Below are positions 18,218-26,641 of a stretch of 64,000 bases of DNA, one piece after another. The translations under genes were made by a program, and so were the position numbers. Numbering within the stretch: position 1 is the stretch's first letter; each line of letters opens with the position of its first letter. Source of the DNA: Candidatus Eiseniibacteriota bacterium. GTDB taxonomy: Bacteria; Eisenbacteria; RBG-16-71-46; SZUA-252. The notes under the pieces are model-generated. The model saw only the letters and a program-made list of their open reading frames with translations, was not told the DNA's origin and ran no database searches. The stretch is taken from positions 386,724 to 450,723 of the forward strand of contig CAVRUU010000003.1 of NCBI GenBank assembly GCA_963724515.1. The letters are read 5' to 3'.

Positions 18218-19761
18218 CCCCGAGAAAGACACGCCGCAAGGGTGCGCCACCCGCGATTCGCTTCTATCCGAACGATCCGGACGCGCCGGTCGGGCTCCAG
18301 CCCGCGACGCCGGTCGAGCCCGGGGTCGACGAACCCTCCTTCACCATCCAGGGCCGGCGCTACGCGCCCGCTCCCTACGACCCGGGCACGCTGGAATTCC
18401 AGTACTGGCAGGGCGAGGTCGCGCTGGCCCGCACCATCCGCGTCTGGGAGGACCTCTTCGAGCGTGATTTCACGCGGTGGCACGAGGACCGTCCCCTGGT
18501 CGTGAAGCTCCGCGCCGGAAAGGATCTCAACGCCTTCTACGACCGGAAGAGCCTTCAGTTCTTCTACGACGTGGACAAGGAGTCGGGGCGCACCGTGTAC
18601 GCGGCGGAGAGCCTCGACATCGTGGCGCACGAGGCGGGGCACGCCGTGCTCGATTGCTACCAGCCGGGATTCTGGTCGACGCCGGATCTCGAGACCGCCT
18701 CCTTCCACGAGGCGTTCGCCGACTGCTCGGCCCTCCTGGTCACGCTCACCGATTCCGCCGTGCGCCGCGCGGTGCTCGCGGAGGCGGAGGGATCCTGGGA
18801 CAAGAGCAACCAGGTATCCCGCCTGGCCGAGGCGCTCGGGCGCGCGATCTACGACAACTACGGTCCTGGCGCCCTGGACGATCCGACCCGCCTTCGCGAC
18901 GCGCGAAACCGATTCCGCTACGCCGACCCCCAGACCCTCCCGCCCGGAGCCGGCGACTCCGAGCTTGCCCCCGAGCCGCATTCCTTCTCCCGCGTGTTCA
19001 CCGGGATGTTCTACGACGCGCTGGTCGGGGAGATTGCCCGCGCCGTGAAGGGAGAGTCGGGGGAGGATGCGATCGAGCGAGCGCGGCGTCACATCGGCCG
19101 CCTGCTGGCGGGTGCGATCGAGAAGCTCCCGCCCGGGAACGCGCGCTACGCCGGCGTGGCGGCGCTCATGCGTGCGACGGACCAGACCGAGGAGGGAGGC
19201 GTCGCGACCCCGGGGATCGAGGCGGCGTGCGCGAGGCATGGAATCGACCTTCCGCCGGCCACAGGCGCGCGGAAAGGACAGCGAAAAGGGGGCGCCGGGT
19301 CACGCGCCCCGACGAGGCTGAGCCCGCTCCGCGCGCTCGATCCGGAACGCCCGGGCGGGCTCGCGGCGTTGCGGGCCGCGCTCCACTTGCCTCCGGGCGC
19401 AAGACTCGAGAGGCGATCCGGGCCGCTCGCGCGAGGCGCCGGATGGCGCGAGCAGCTGGTTCACATCCATGAGCTTCGAGTCCGGCAGCGCTCGCTGGGC
19501 GCGTTGAGCGGCATCATCGTCCGGATACCCTGCGGCTGCACCATCACGCGCGGAGCCTCCGGAGGCGTCGAGAACCTGTCCCTTGCCCCGCACCCCCACC
19601 CGTCGCAGGCAGAGGTGGCCCGCACGCTCCGCCCGTGGATCCGCCTCCGCGCGATTCATCCCGATCGGGGGCTGCGTGCGGCTCCGCGTGAGTTCTTCCG
19701 AGGGCGAACGCCCTTCCGCCTCACGGCCGACGGGCTCCTGACGCGCGTGTACTTCGACTAG
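18214..19761 (+). CDS. Hypothetical thermolysin-like (gluzincin) zinc metallopeptidase, no signal peptide
   Basis: Track ORF 18022..19761, trimmed to the in-frame GTG at 18214, which overlaps the polX stop (GTGA). AHEAGHAVLD is followed 23 residues after the second His by FHEAFAD, the HExxH...E gluzincin pattern. EPHSFS lies further downstream. Confidence 0.6.
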   Translation: MTPRKTRRKGAPPAIRFYPNDPDAPVGLQPATPVEPGVDEPSFTIQGRRYAPAPYDPGTLEFQYWQGEVALARTIRVWEDLFERDFTRWHEDRPLVVKLRAGKDLNAFYDRKSLQFFYDVDKESGRTVYAAESLDIVAHEAGHAVLDCYQPGFWSTPDLETASFHEAFADCSALLVTLTDSAVRRAVLAEAEGSWDKSNQVSRLAEALGRAIYDNYGPGALDDPTRLRDARNRFRYADPQTLPPGAGDSELAPEPHSFSRVFTGMFYDALVGEIARAVKGESGEDAIERARRHIGRLLAGAIEKLPPGNARYAGVAALMRATDQTEEGGVATPGIEAACARHGIDLPPATGARKGQRKGGAGSRAPTRLSPLRALDPERPGGLAALRAALHLPPGARLERRSGPLARGAGWREQLVHIHELRVRQRSLGALSGIIVRIPCGCTITRGASGGVENLSLAPHPHPSQAEVARTLRPWIRLRAIHPDRGLRAAPREFFRGRTPFRLTADGLLTRVYFD

Positions 19762-20465
19762 GCGGATTCGCCAGGCTGTAACGCCAGGACTTCGATCCCC
19801 GATCCCTTGAGGTGCCCGCGGAGCGCGTCCGGCGTGCCGGTCAGTGCCGGAAACGTGGAGTGGTGGATGGGGAGGACCGTCTTCACCCCGAGCAACTTCG
19901 CCGCGACCGCGGCCTCGACCGGCGACATTGTGTAGAGATCCCCGATCGGGAGGGCCGCGATGGACGGGCGGTAGATCTCTCCGATCAGCTTCATGTCCGA
20001 GAAAACCGCGGTGTCCCCCGCGTGATAGACGCGGGTCCCGTTCTCGAACTCGATCACGAAGCCCGCGGCCTCTCCCGCCGGAATGATGCGGTCCCCATCC
20101 GCGATCGTGCTCGAGTGGATCGCGTGGACCATGGTCACCCGAAGGCCGTGCAGCGCCTGGGTGCCTCCCTTGTTCATGCCGTGGACCTTCGCGACGCCCT
20201 TCGAGCCCAGGTACTGCGCGATCTCGTGGATGCAGACGATGTCCGGGCTGTGCTTCTTCGCAATCGCGAGCAGGTCCCCGACATGATCGGAGTGTCCGTG
20301 CGTGATGAGCACGAGATCGAGAGTGGGGAGCGCTTTCGCCGCGGGAGGGCAGGCCGGGTTTCCGTCCACCCAAGCGTCCGCGAGCACGGTCTTCCCCTTT
20401 GCCGAACGGTAGAGCACCGTGCCGTGCCCCAGCCAGGTGATCGAAACACCCAGTTCTTTTTTCAT
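19758..20465 (-). CDS. Metal-dependent hydrolase, metallo-beta-lactamase fold (UPF0173-like)
   Basis: Track ORF 19758..20483, trimmed to Met 7 (MKKELGVSITWLGHG). Contains ITHGHSDHVGD. Confidence 0.85.
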   Translation of the reverse strand: MKKELGVSITWLGHGTVLYRSAKGKTVLADAWVDGNPACPPAAKALPTLDLVLITHGHSDHVGDLLAIAKKHSPDIVCIHEIAQYLGSKGVAKVHGMNKGGTQALHGLRVTMVHAIHSSTIADGDRIIPAGEAAGFVIEFENGTRVYHAGDTAVFSDMKLIGEIYRPSIAALPIGDLYTMSPVEAAVAAKLLGVKTVLPIHHSTFPALTGTPDALRGHLKGSGIEVLALQPGESA

Positions 20466-20503
20466 CGTCCCCCCAGCCGTCACCCGGCGGCCGCGCGCGA
20501 CAT

Positions 20504-21004
20504 TCAGCCGGGTTTCATGACAGGCAGTTCCTCGGGTCGCTCCAAGACGGGAGGAGCCGACCCGAGCGCGAGCGCTTGCTCGATTCCGGCGCCGAGTGCC
20601 AAGTACTCCGATTTCATGAAACCTTCAACGCGCTCCGCGATGATGCCCGTGCCGTCGATGACGAAGAGGACCGGGACCGTGCCGAGGGCGTAGGCGGTCG
20701 ACGCCGGATACGGAGCCGCCTCCCACGCGACGGAAAAACGGATGCCATGGCGGTCGCGAAACGCCCGCGCCGTCTCCTCGGGGTCCTGGGCGATCGCGAG
20801 GAAGAAGCGCTCCTCGCGCTCGAGCGCGATCGCGAGGGGACCGAGGCGCGGAACGACGAGCTCGCTGGCGGGGCAATCCTCCTTGAAGAAAACGAGCACG
20901 CCGCCGCCGGGATCGAGCAGATCGCGCAATCCTCGGTAGCCTCCCCCGACGAGCGGAAGGTTGAAGTCCGGCGCGCGGGTGCCGGGAACCGCGAGGCGGC
21001 TCAT
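20504..21004 (-). CDS. Thioredoxin-fold redoxin/AhpC-TSA-like protein with monothiol CPAS motif
   Basis: C-terminal 166 aa of track ORF 20504..21664, starting at MSRLAVPGTRAPDFNLPL. FFKEDCPASE lies where CxxC normally sits. ATGA overlap with the nth stop. Confidence 0.72.
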   Translation of the reverse strand: MSRLAVPGTRAPDFNLPLVGGGYRGLRDLLDPGGGVLVFFKEDCPASELVVPRLGPLAIALEREERFFLAIAQDPEETARAFRDRHGIRFSVAWEAAPYPASTAYALGTVPVLFVIDGTGIIAERVEGFMKSEYLALGAGIEQALALGSAPPVLERPEELPVMKPG

Positions 21005-21759
21005 CGGCGCCCTGCCTTCCGGCGCGCGGGCTTCTTCGCCTTCTTCGGCGCCGCCCTCTTCCGCGGGCGCTCCGGCGGGGGGACCTTTCCGTTCAGAAAG
21101 TACGGCGCGCTCGGGCAGAGGTCCCGGACAGGGCAGACCGCGCAGCGGGGTTTCCGCGCGACGCAGATCCGCCTCCCATGGAAGATCAGCAGGTGCGCGA
21201 AGAGTATCCAGTCCTCGCGCGGCACGATCCTCGTGAGGTCCTGCTCGACCTGAACGGGATTCTTCCCCCGCGTCAATCCCAGCCGGTGCGCCAGCCGGTA
21301 GACGTGCGTGTCCACAACGACACCCTCCGCGACGCCGTAGCCCGAGCCCAGCACCACGTTCGCGGTCTTGCGCGCGACGCCGGGAAGCGTCAGGAGTTCC
21401 TCCATTGTGGACGGCACCTTCCCCTCGTACGCCTCCGCGATCCGCCGCGCGGCGCCGCGAATCGACTTGGTCTTGTTGTGGTAGAAGCCGGTCGTCCGGA
21501 TGATCTCCTCCAGCGATTCCGTGTCGGCATCCTTCATCGAAGCGGGATCGGGATAGCGGGAGAAGAGCACGGGGGTCACCTTGTTTACGCGTTCGTCGGT
21601 GCACTGCGCCGAGAGGATGGTCGCGACGAGGAGCTGGAACGGATCCTCGTGACGGAGCGCGCAAGCCGCGTCGGGATGCGCGGCCTTGAGACGCTCGATC
21701 AGCGCGAGGACGCGCGCTTCAGTTGGTTCGCTTGTCGCGCGGGTAGAGATGGCGCACAC
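21001..21759 (-). CDS. nth: Endonuclease III (DNA glycosylase/AP lyase) with basic C-terminal tail
   Basis: 252 aa. FQLLVATILSAQCTDERVN, an HhH-GPD region, and the 4Fe-4S loop CVARKPRCAVCPVRDLC. It has an extra tail, PPPERPRKRAAPKKAKKPARRKAGRR. Confidence 0.92.
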   Translation of the reverse strand: MCAISTRATSEPTEARVLALIERLKAAHPDAACALRHEDPFQLLVATILSAQCTDERVNKVTPVLFSRYPDPASMKDADTESLEEIIRTTGFYHNKTKSIRGAARRIAEAYEGKVPSTMEELLTLPGVARKTANVVLGSGYGVAEGVVVDTHVYRLAHRLGLTRGKNPVQVEQDLTRIVPREDWILFAHLLIFHGRRICVARKPRCAVCPVRDLCPSAPYFLNGKVPPPERPRKRAAPKKAKKPARRKAGRR

Positions 21760-22390
21760 GTTCGATCCGCTCCTGGGTCTTCGTGGCGTTGCGTAGGATC
21801 TGGAGCACCGACTGGTAGCGTTGGTCCAGGCTGTCCATCTCGAGGAGCTGCTCCTTCAGCTCCGGCTCGGCGTTCAAGTGAAGCGCCACCGTGTTGAGGA
21901 TCGACTCGGGCGTCATGCTCTGGGCGAACATCTCGGCGAGCAGGAGCGAGGGCCCCTGCCCCTCGTGAACCTGGCGAAAGAGGCGCACCAGCTCCTCCGC
22001 CTCCTCGGCCGCGTGCTCTCCCTTCGCCCAAGCGGCGTCATCCTCCACCGGGGTGACGTGCACGAGCCGGTAGGGAGTGAGCTGGACCGAGGACTCGATC
22101 CGAACTTTCGTCAACCCGTCGAGGGTGATGTTGTAACGGCCGTCCGGGAGCTTCTTGTGGTCCACGATTCTCCCGACGCACCCGACAGGGTACACTTCCG
22201 GCGAACCGTAGTAGTCGGCTTCCCAGCCTGGCTTCAAGAGCGCGGTGCAGATCGGCCGATCCTTCTCGAGCGCGTCGGAAGCCAGCGCGCGGTAGCGAGG
22301 CTCGTGGACGTGAAGCGGCAAGATTGTCTTCGGGAAAAAGACCACGTCGGGCAGCGGAAAAAGAGGCGTCACCTCGGATGATTCCGTCAC
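21719..22390 (-). CDS. LON N-terminal (substrate-binding) domain protein
   Basis: 223 aa. LFPLPDVVFFPKTILPLHVHEPRYRAL is typical of stand-alone Lon N-domain proteins. Confidence 0.82.
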   Translation of the reverse strand: MTESSEVTPLFPLPDVVFFPKTILPLHVHEPRYRALASDALEKDRPICTALLKPGWEADYYGSPEVYPVGCVGRIVDHKKLPDGRYNITLDGLTKVRIESSVQLTPYRLVHVTPVEDDAAWAKGEHAAEEAEELVRLFRQVHEGQGPSLLLAEMFAQSMTPESILNTVALHLNAEPELKEQLLEMDSLDQRYQSVLQILRNATKTQERIERVRHLYPRDKRTN

Positions 22391-23565
22391 AGGCGAATGC
22401 TAGCACAAAGGGGCGCATCCGTGAGGCGGCGCGCGGGCTCGGCTTCGGCTCGGTCGGATTCGCGGAAGCGGGCGAATCCCCCCACGCCGAACGGCTGCGC
22501 GAATGGCTCCGGACCGGACGCCACGGAACGATGCACTGGATCGCGCGCGATCCCGCCCGCCGCGCCGATCCTCGCCTGGCGCTCGCGGGAGCGAGGACGG
22601 TGATCTCGGTCAGCGTACCGTACTATCGCGGCGACTGGCCCGCGGACCCGGGAGACGCCGCGCCGCCGCGCGGGCGCATCGCGCGCTACGCCTGGGGAAA
22701 GGACTACCACAAGAGGATCCGGAAGCGGCTCGGGCTCCTGGCGCGGACGATCTCGACCCTCTGTCCGGAAGCGCGGTGGCTCGCGTACGTCGACACGGGC
22801 CCCATGCTCGACCGCTCGTGGGCCGAGCGGGCCGGCGTCGGCTGGATCGGCAAGAACACGAACGTGATCCTCCAGGGACAGGGCTCGTGGTCCTTCCTGG
22901 GTGAGATCGTGACTGATTTGGCGCTCGAGCCGGACGCCCCCGCGAGGAACCACTGCGGCACCTGCGCGCGATGCATCGCGGCCTGCCCGACCGGAGCGAT
23001 TCTTGGCCCCTACCAGCTCGATGCGCGACGCTGCATCAGCTATCTCACGATCGAGCACCGGGGGTCGATCCCGCTCGAGCTTCGTCCCCTGATCGGGACG
23101 AGGATCTTCGGATGCGACGACTGCCAGGAGGTGTGCCCCTGGAACCGGTTCGCCGTGAAGTCCTCCGATCCTGATTTCGCCGAGCGGCCGGACCAGCAGA
23201 CGCCGGAGCTGATCCCCCTCCTCGACCTGGACGAGCCCGCGTTTCGCGCGCGGTTTCAGGGCACGGCGATCCTCCGCGCCAAACGCGCCGGCTTCGTGCG
23301 GAACGTCGCGGTGGCGCTCGGAAATCTGCGCGATCGCCGCTCGGTGGCGCCGCTTGGCAGGGCGCTCACGCGCGACCCCGATCCCCTCGTCCGCGGCCAC
23401 GCGGCGTGGGCCCTGGGAAGGATCGGAGGAGATGCACCCCGCGCCGCGCTCGAGGAGGCGGCCGCGAACGAAACGACACAGGAGGTTCTCGTGGAAATTC
23501 ACGCGGCGCTCACATCTGTGGGAACCGCCATGCACTCCGCCATGGAAGGAGATCGAACATCATGA
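22378..23565 (+). CDS. queG: Epoxyqueuosine reductase QueG
   Basis: Track ORF 22324..23565, with the start taken at Met 19. Ferredoxin motifs CGTCARCIAACPTGAI and CDDCQEVCPWN, and C-terminal HEAT-like DPLVRGHAAWALGRIG. The start is uncertain and overlaps the divergent gene start. Confidence 0.85.
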   Translation: MIPSQANASTKGRIREAARGLGFGSVGFAEAGESPHAERLREWLRTGRHGTMHWIARDPARRADPRLALAGARTVISVSVPYYRGDWPADPGDAAPPRGRIARYAWGKDYHKRIRKRLGLLARTISTLCPEARWLAYVDTGPMLDRSWAERAGVGWIGKNTNVILQGQGSWSFLGEIVTDLALEPDAPARNHCGTCARCIAACPTGAILGPYQLDARRCISYLTIEHRGSIPLELRPLIGTRIFGCDDCQEVCPWNRFAVKSSDPDFAERPDQQTPELIPLLDLDEPAFRARFQGTAILRAKRAGFVRNVAVALGNLRDRRSVAPLGRALTRDPDPLVRGHAAWALGRIGGDAPRAALEEAAANETTQEVLVEIHAALTSVGTAMHSAMEGDRTS

Positions 23566-24386
23566 TTCGGTACACCCGCGCTTACGCCGCGCGCAGTCTC
23601 GCGGCGCTCCTCCTCGCTTGCGCCCTCTCGCCGGCCGGGGCGTTCGGAGCCACCCTGCCCCACGCCTACGCGGGCAACGGCGGCATGATCCAGAGTCGGG
23701 AGGGAAAGACCAAGCTCTTGGGATATCTTTCGCTGCCCAAGGGAGCGGGCACGCATCCCGGCATCGTCGTGATCCAGGAGTGGTGGGGGCTCAACGACTG
23801 GGTGAAGCAGCAGACGGACAGCCTCGCCGCTCACGGGTACGTCGCGCTGGCACCCGACCTCTACAACGGGAAGGTGGCCTACAACGAGGAAACCGCGCAT
23901 CAGCTCATGAGCGGCCTCGTCGAGGAGGAGGCGATGGGAACGCTCCGCGCCGCGGCTGATTTCCTGCGCAGCCGCGACGACGTGCGCGCGAACGGGGTCG
24001 GCGTCATCGGGTGGTGCCTCGGCGGAAGGTACGCGATCCGCCTGGCGGCCGCGGACCCGGGAATCCGCGCCGCGGCCATCTACTACGGCGCCCCGATCAC
24101 CGACCCCGTCGCGATTCGCGGGATCCAGGCTGCGTTCCTCGGCAACTTCGGCGCCGAGGACAAGGGACCGTCCCCCGAGCAGGTGAAGCAGTTCGAGATC
24201 GCGCTGCGCAAGGCGGGCAAGAACGTGGACTTCAAGATCTATCCGGGCGCGGGCCACGGGTTCGCGAACGAGAACAATCCCTGGGGAGGCTACCGTCCCG
24301 TCGCGGCCAAGGACGCATGGAAGCGCACGCTCGCGTTTCTGGACCGCGACCTGAAGCGCGCGTCCCTGCCCGGGAGAAAGGGCTGA
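23562..24386 (+). CDS. Dienelactone hydrolase family protein with signal peptide
   Basis: Track ORF 23406..24386, trimmed to Met 53 (MIRYTRAYAARSLAALLLACALSPAGAFG). Contains IVVIQEWWGLN and the nucleophile elbow GVIGWCLGG. ATGA overlap with the queG stop. Confidence 0.85.
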   Translation: MIRYTRAYAARSLAALLLACALSPAGAFGATLPHAYAGNGGMIQSREGKTKLLGYLSLPKGAGTHPGIVVIQEWWGLNDWVKQQTDSLAAHGYVALAPDLYNGKVAYNEETAHQLMSGLVEEEAMGTLRAAADFLRSRDDVRANGVGVIGWCLGGRYAIRLAAADPGIRAAAIYYGAPITDPVAIRGIQAAFLGNFGAEDKGPSPEQVKQFEIALRKAGKNVDFKIYPGAGHGFANENNPWGGYRPVAAKDAWKRTLAFLDRDLKRASLPGRKG

Positions 24387-24388
24387 CC

Positions 24389-24883
24389 GTGGCGGTGCGC
24401 CTCTACGAGGTCGCCGCCGGTATTCTCTGGAACGGCTCCGAGGTGCTGATCGCGAGGAGGCAGAGCGGCGATCATCAAGGAGGACGATGGGAATTCCCCG
24501 GGGGAAAGCGCCACCGGGGGGAGAGCATCGCCGCGTGCCTGAGGCGCGAGATGCTCGAGGAGGTCGGAATCCAGATCGAAGTGGGACCTCTCTGGCGCGC
24601 CCTGACCCACGTCTATCCCGACCGCCGCGTCAGCCTCTACTTCCACTTCTGCGACCTGGTGAGTGGAACGCCGACGCCCATTCAATGCGACGAGCTGCGC
24701 TGGATCGCTCCGGCGCAGCTCGGGGATCATCCCTTCGTGGAGGGGGACCTGCCCGTGCTTCCCGACCTCGCCCGGGATCTCATCGCCCGGGTGAGCTTGA
24801 AGGGCCGCGGGGTTACTACTTCTTCTTTGTATCGGCCTTCTCGCCCTCCGGCTTGGGTTCGGCTGCCTCGATCTGAATGTTGA
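24389..24883 (+). CDS. mutT: NUDIX hydrolase, MutT-like 8-oxo-dGTP diphosphatase
   Basis: In-frame GTG at 24389, 2 nt after the preceding stop. Nudix box GGKRHRGESIAACLRREMLEEVGI. The 3' end overlaps the convergent yceI-like gene by ~68 nt. Confidence 0.85.
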   Translation: MAVRLYEVAAGILWNGSEVLIARRQSGDHQGGRWEFPGGKRHRGESIAACLRREMLEEVGIQIEVGPLWRALTHVYPDRRVSLYFHFCDLVSGTPTPIQCDELRWIAPAQLGDHPFVEGDLPVLPDLARDLIARVSLKGRGVTTSSLYRPSRPPAWVRLPRSEC

Positions 24884-25451
24884 TCTGGACGTCGTCTCCG
24901 AGCAGCGTGCCGCCCTGATCCAGCGTCTTGTTCCACACAATCCCGAAGTCCTTGCGATCGATCTTGGTCGTGCCCTCGAATCCCGCGCGCACCGCGCCGT
25001 CCATGCCCGGACCCGAGCCCAGGAACGCCGCGTCCAGGACGACCGTCTTCGTGATGCCGTGCATCGTCAGCGTCCCTTCGACCTTGACCCTGCCGTCGGC
25101 GCCGGGCACCACCTTCGTGCTCGTGAAGGTGATGGTGGGATATTTCGCGACCTCGAAGAAATTGGGGCTCCTGAGATCTTTGTCGCGCCACTCGTTGTTC
25201 GTGTCGATGGTGCTCGCGTCGATCTCGGCGCTCACGGAGGAGGCTGCCGGGTTCGCCAGGTCGTAGCGGACCGTTCCATGGAACGCGCTGAAGCCGCCGG
25301 TCACCTTGCTGAACATGTGCCGTATCGTGAAGTCGACGCGGGAATGCACGGGATCGATCTCGTAGGCTTGCGGGGCCGCGAACGCTTGCGTCGCGGAGAG
25401 AAGTGCCAAAAGAGCCAGGATCGAAAGGGAGAGGCGGAAGCGTTTCATCAA
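24816..25451 (-). CDS. yceI: YceI family periplasmic polyisoprenoid-binding protein
   Basis: 211 aa. Signal peptide, then YEIDPVHSRVDFTIRHMFSKVTGGF, which is typical of YceI. Confidence 0.9.
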   Translation of the reverse strand: MMKRFRLSLSILALLALLSATQAFAAPQAYEIDPVHSRVDFTIRHMFSKVTGGFSAFHGTVRYDLANPAASSVSAEIDASTIDTNNEWRDKDLRSPNFFEVAKYPTITFTSTKVVPGADGRVKVEGTLTMHGITKTVVLDAAFLGSGPGMDGAVRAGFEGTTKIDRKDFGIVWNKTLDQGGTLLGDDVQINIQIEAAEPKPEGEKADTKKK

Positions 25452-25651
25452 GTCTCATCCTCCGGTGCGGGTTGAGGACTCTATCACACGATCCCTTTGG
25501 GCCGCTCGGCGCGTCCAAGTAGTACATTGAACGGGCCGCGCCCATTTCCTATAGTCCGGTAACTTACCGTTGGATGCGGCGTTCCCGGCCGCGATTCCGG
25601 CGCCCACCGGACGCGATAACACTCCTAACCCGGAAGGGGAGCTCAGGTTCC

Positions 25652-26641
25652 ATGGACAAGACGCGCCAGGTCATCATCGTGGGCTCGGGAGCCGCGGGGC
25701 TGACGGCGGCGATCTATGCCGCGCGCGCCAACCTGTCCCCGCTCCTCTTCGAGGGGACGCAGCCGGGCGGCCAGCTCACGATCACGACCGAAGTCGAAAA
25801 CTATCCCGGGTTCGAGGACGCGATCATGGGGCCGGCGCTCATGACGAGCATGCGCGCGCAGGCGGCCCGGTTCGGGACCGAGATCATCGCGGCCGCGGTC
25901 GAGTCCGTGAATCTCAAGGCCAAGCCGATCGAAGTGGTTGCGGACGCCGTGCGGTACACCACGCGCACCTTGATCATCGCCACGGGCGCGGAGGCGAAGC
26001 TCCTCGGAATCCCGAGCGAGGCGAAGCTCATGGGGCACGGTGTTTCGGCCTGCGCCACCTGCGACGGCTACTTCTTCAAGAACCAGCGGGTTCTCGTCGT
26101 CGGGGGCGGCGACACCGCGATGGAAGAGGCCGGTTTCCTGACGAAGTTCGCGAGCCACGTGACGGTGGTGCACCGCCGTGACGAGTTGCGCGCATCGAAG
26201 ATCATGCAGGAACGCGCCAAGGCGAACCCCAAGATCTCCTTCATGTGGGACTCGACGGTCGAGGAGATCATGGACGTGGCGCAGGGGAAAGTCACCGGCG
26301 TGAAGCTCAAGAATCTGAAGACCGGGAAGAGCAGCGTGCTGGCCACGGACGGTCTCTTCATCGGCATCGGGCACCAGCCCAATACGAAACTCTTCCAATC
26401 GCAGCTCGAGCTCGAGCCGAACGGCTACATCCGGACATTCGTCGGAACGCGCACGAGCGTCCCGGGCGTGTTCGCCGCGGGAGACGTGCAGGATGCGGCC
26501 TACCGCCAAGCGGTCACCGCGGCGGGCAGCGGCTGCATGGCCGCGCTCGAAGCCGAGCGCTACCTCGAGGACCTGAAGCACGCCGCGCACACGCTTCCTC
26601 CCCCCGTTCGCGCACGGCGGGAGAAAGCGCCTTCGAAATGA
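25652..26641 (+). CDS. trxB: Thioredoxin-disulfide reductase
   Basis: Track ORF 25574..26641, trimmed to Met 27 with GGAAGGGGA upstream. Contains VIIVGSGAAGLTAAIYAAR, redox-active CATCDG and GGGDTAMEEA. Confidence 0.93.
   Translation: MDKTRQVIIVGSGAAGLTAAIYAARANLSPLLFEGTQPGGQLTITTEVENYPGFEDAIMGPALMTSMRAQAARFGTEIIAAAVESVNLKAKPIEVVADAVRYTTRTLIIATGAEAKLLGIPSEAKLMGHGVSACATCDGYFFKNQRVLVVGGGDTAMEEAGFLTKFASHVTVVHRRDELRASKIMQERAKANPKISFMWDSTVEEIMDVAQGKVTGVKLKNLKTGKSSVLATDGLFIGIGHQPNTKLFQSQLELEPNGYIRTFVGTRTSVPGVFAAGDVQDAAYRQAVTAAGSGCMAALEAERYLEDLKHAAHTLPPPVRARREKAPSK

Noticed and set aside
16400-18250. 616-aa minus-strand ORF antisense to polX. Similar long antisense ORFs occur at 37331..39655 (+), 33232..34899 (+), 34700..36643 (+), 41060..42466 (-) and 59363..60241 (-)
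   Set aside because: All lie opposite genes with convincing homology and show shadow-frame composition. None contains a motif I recognise.
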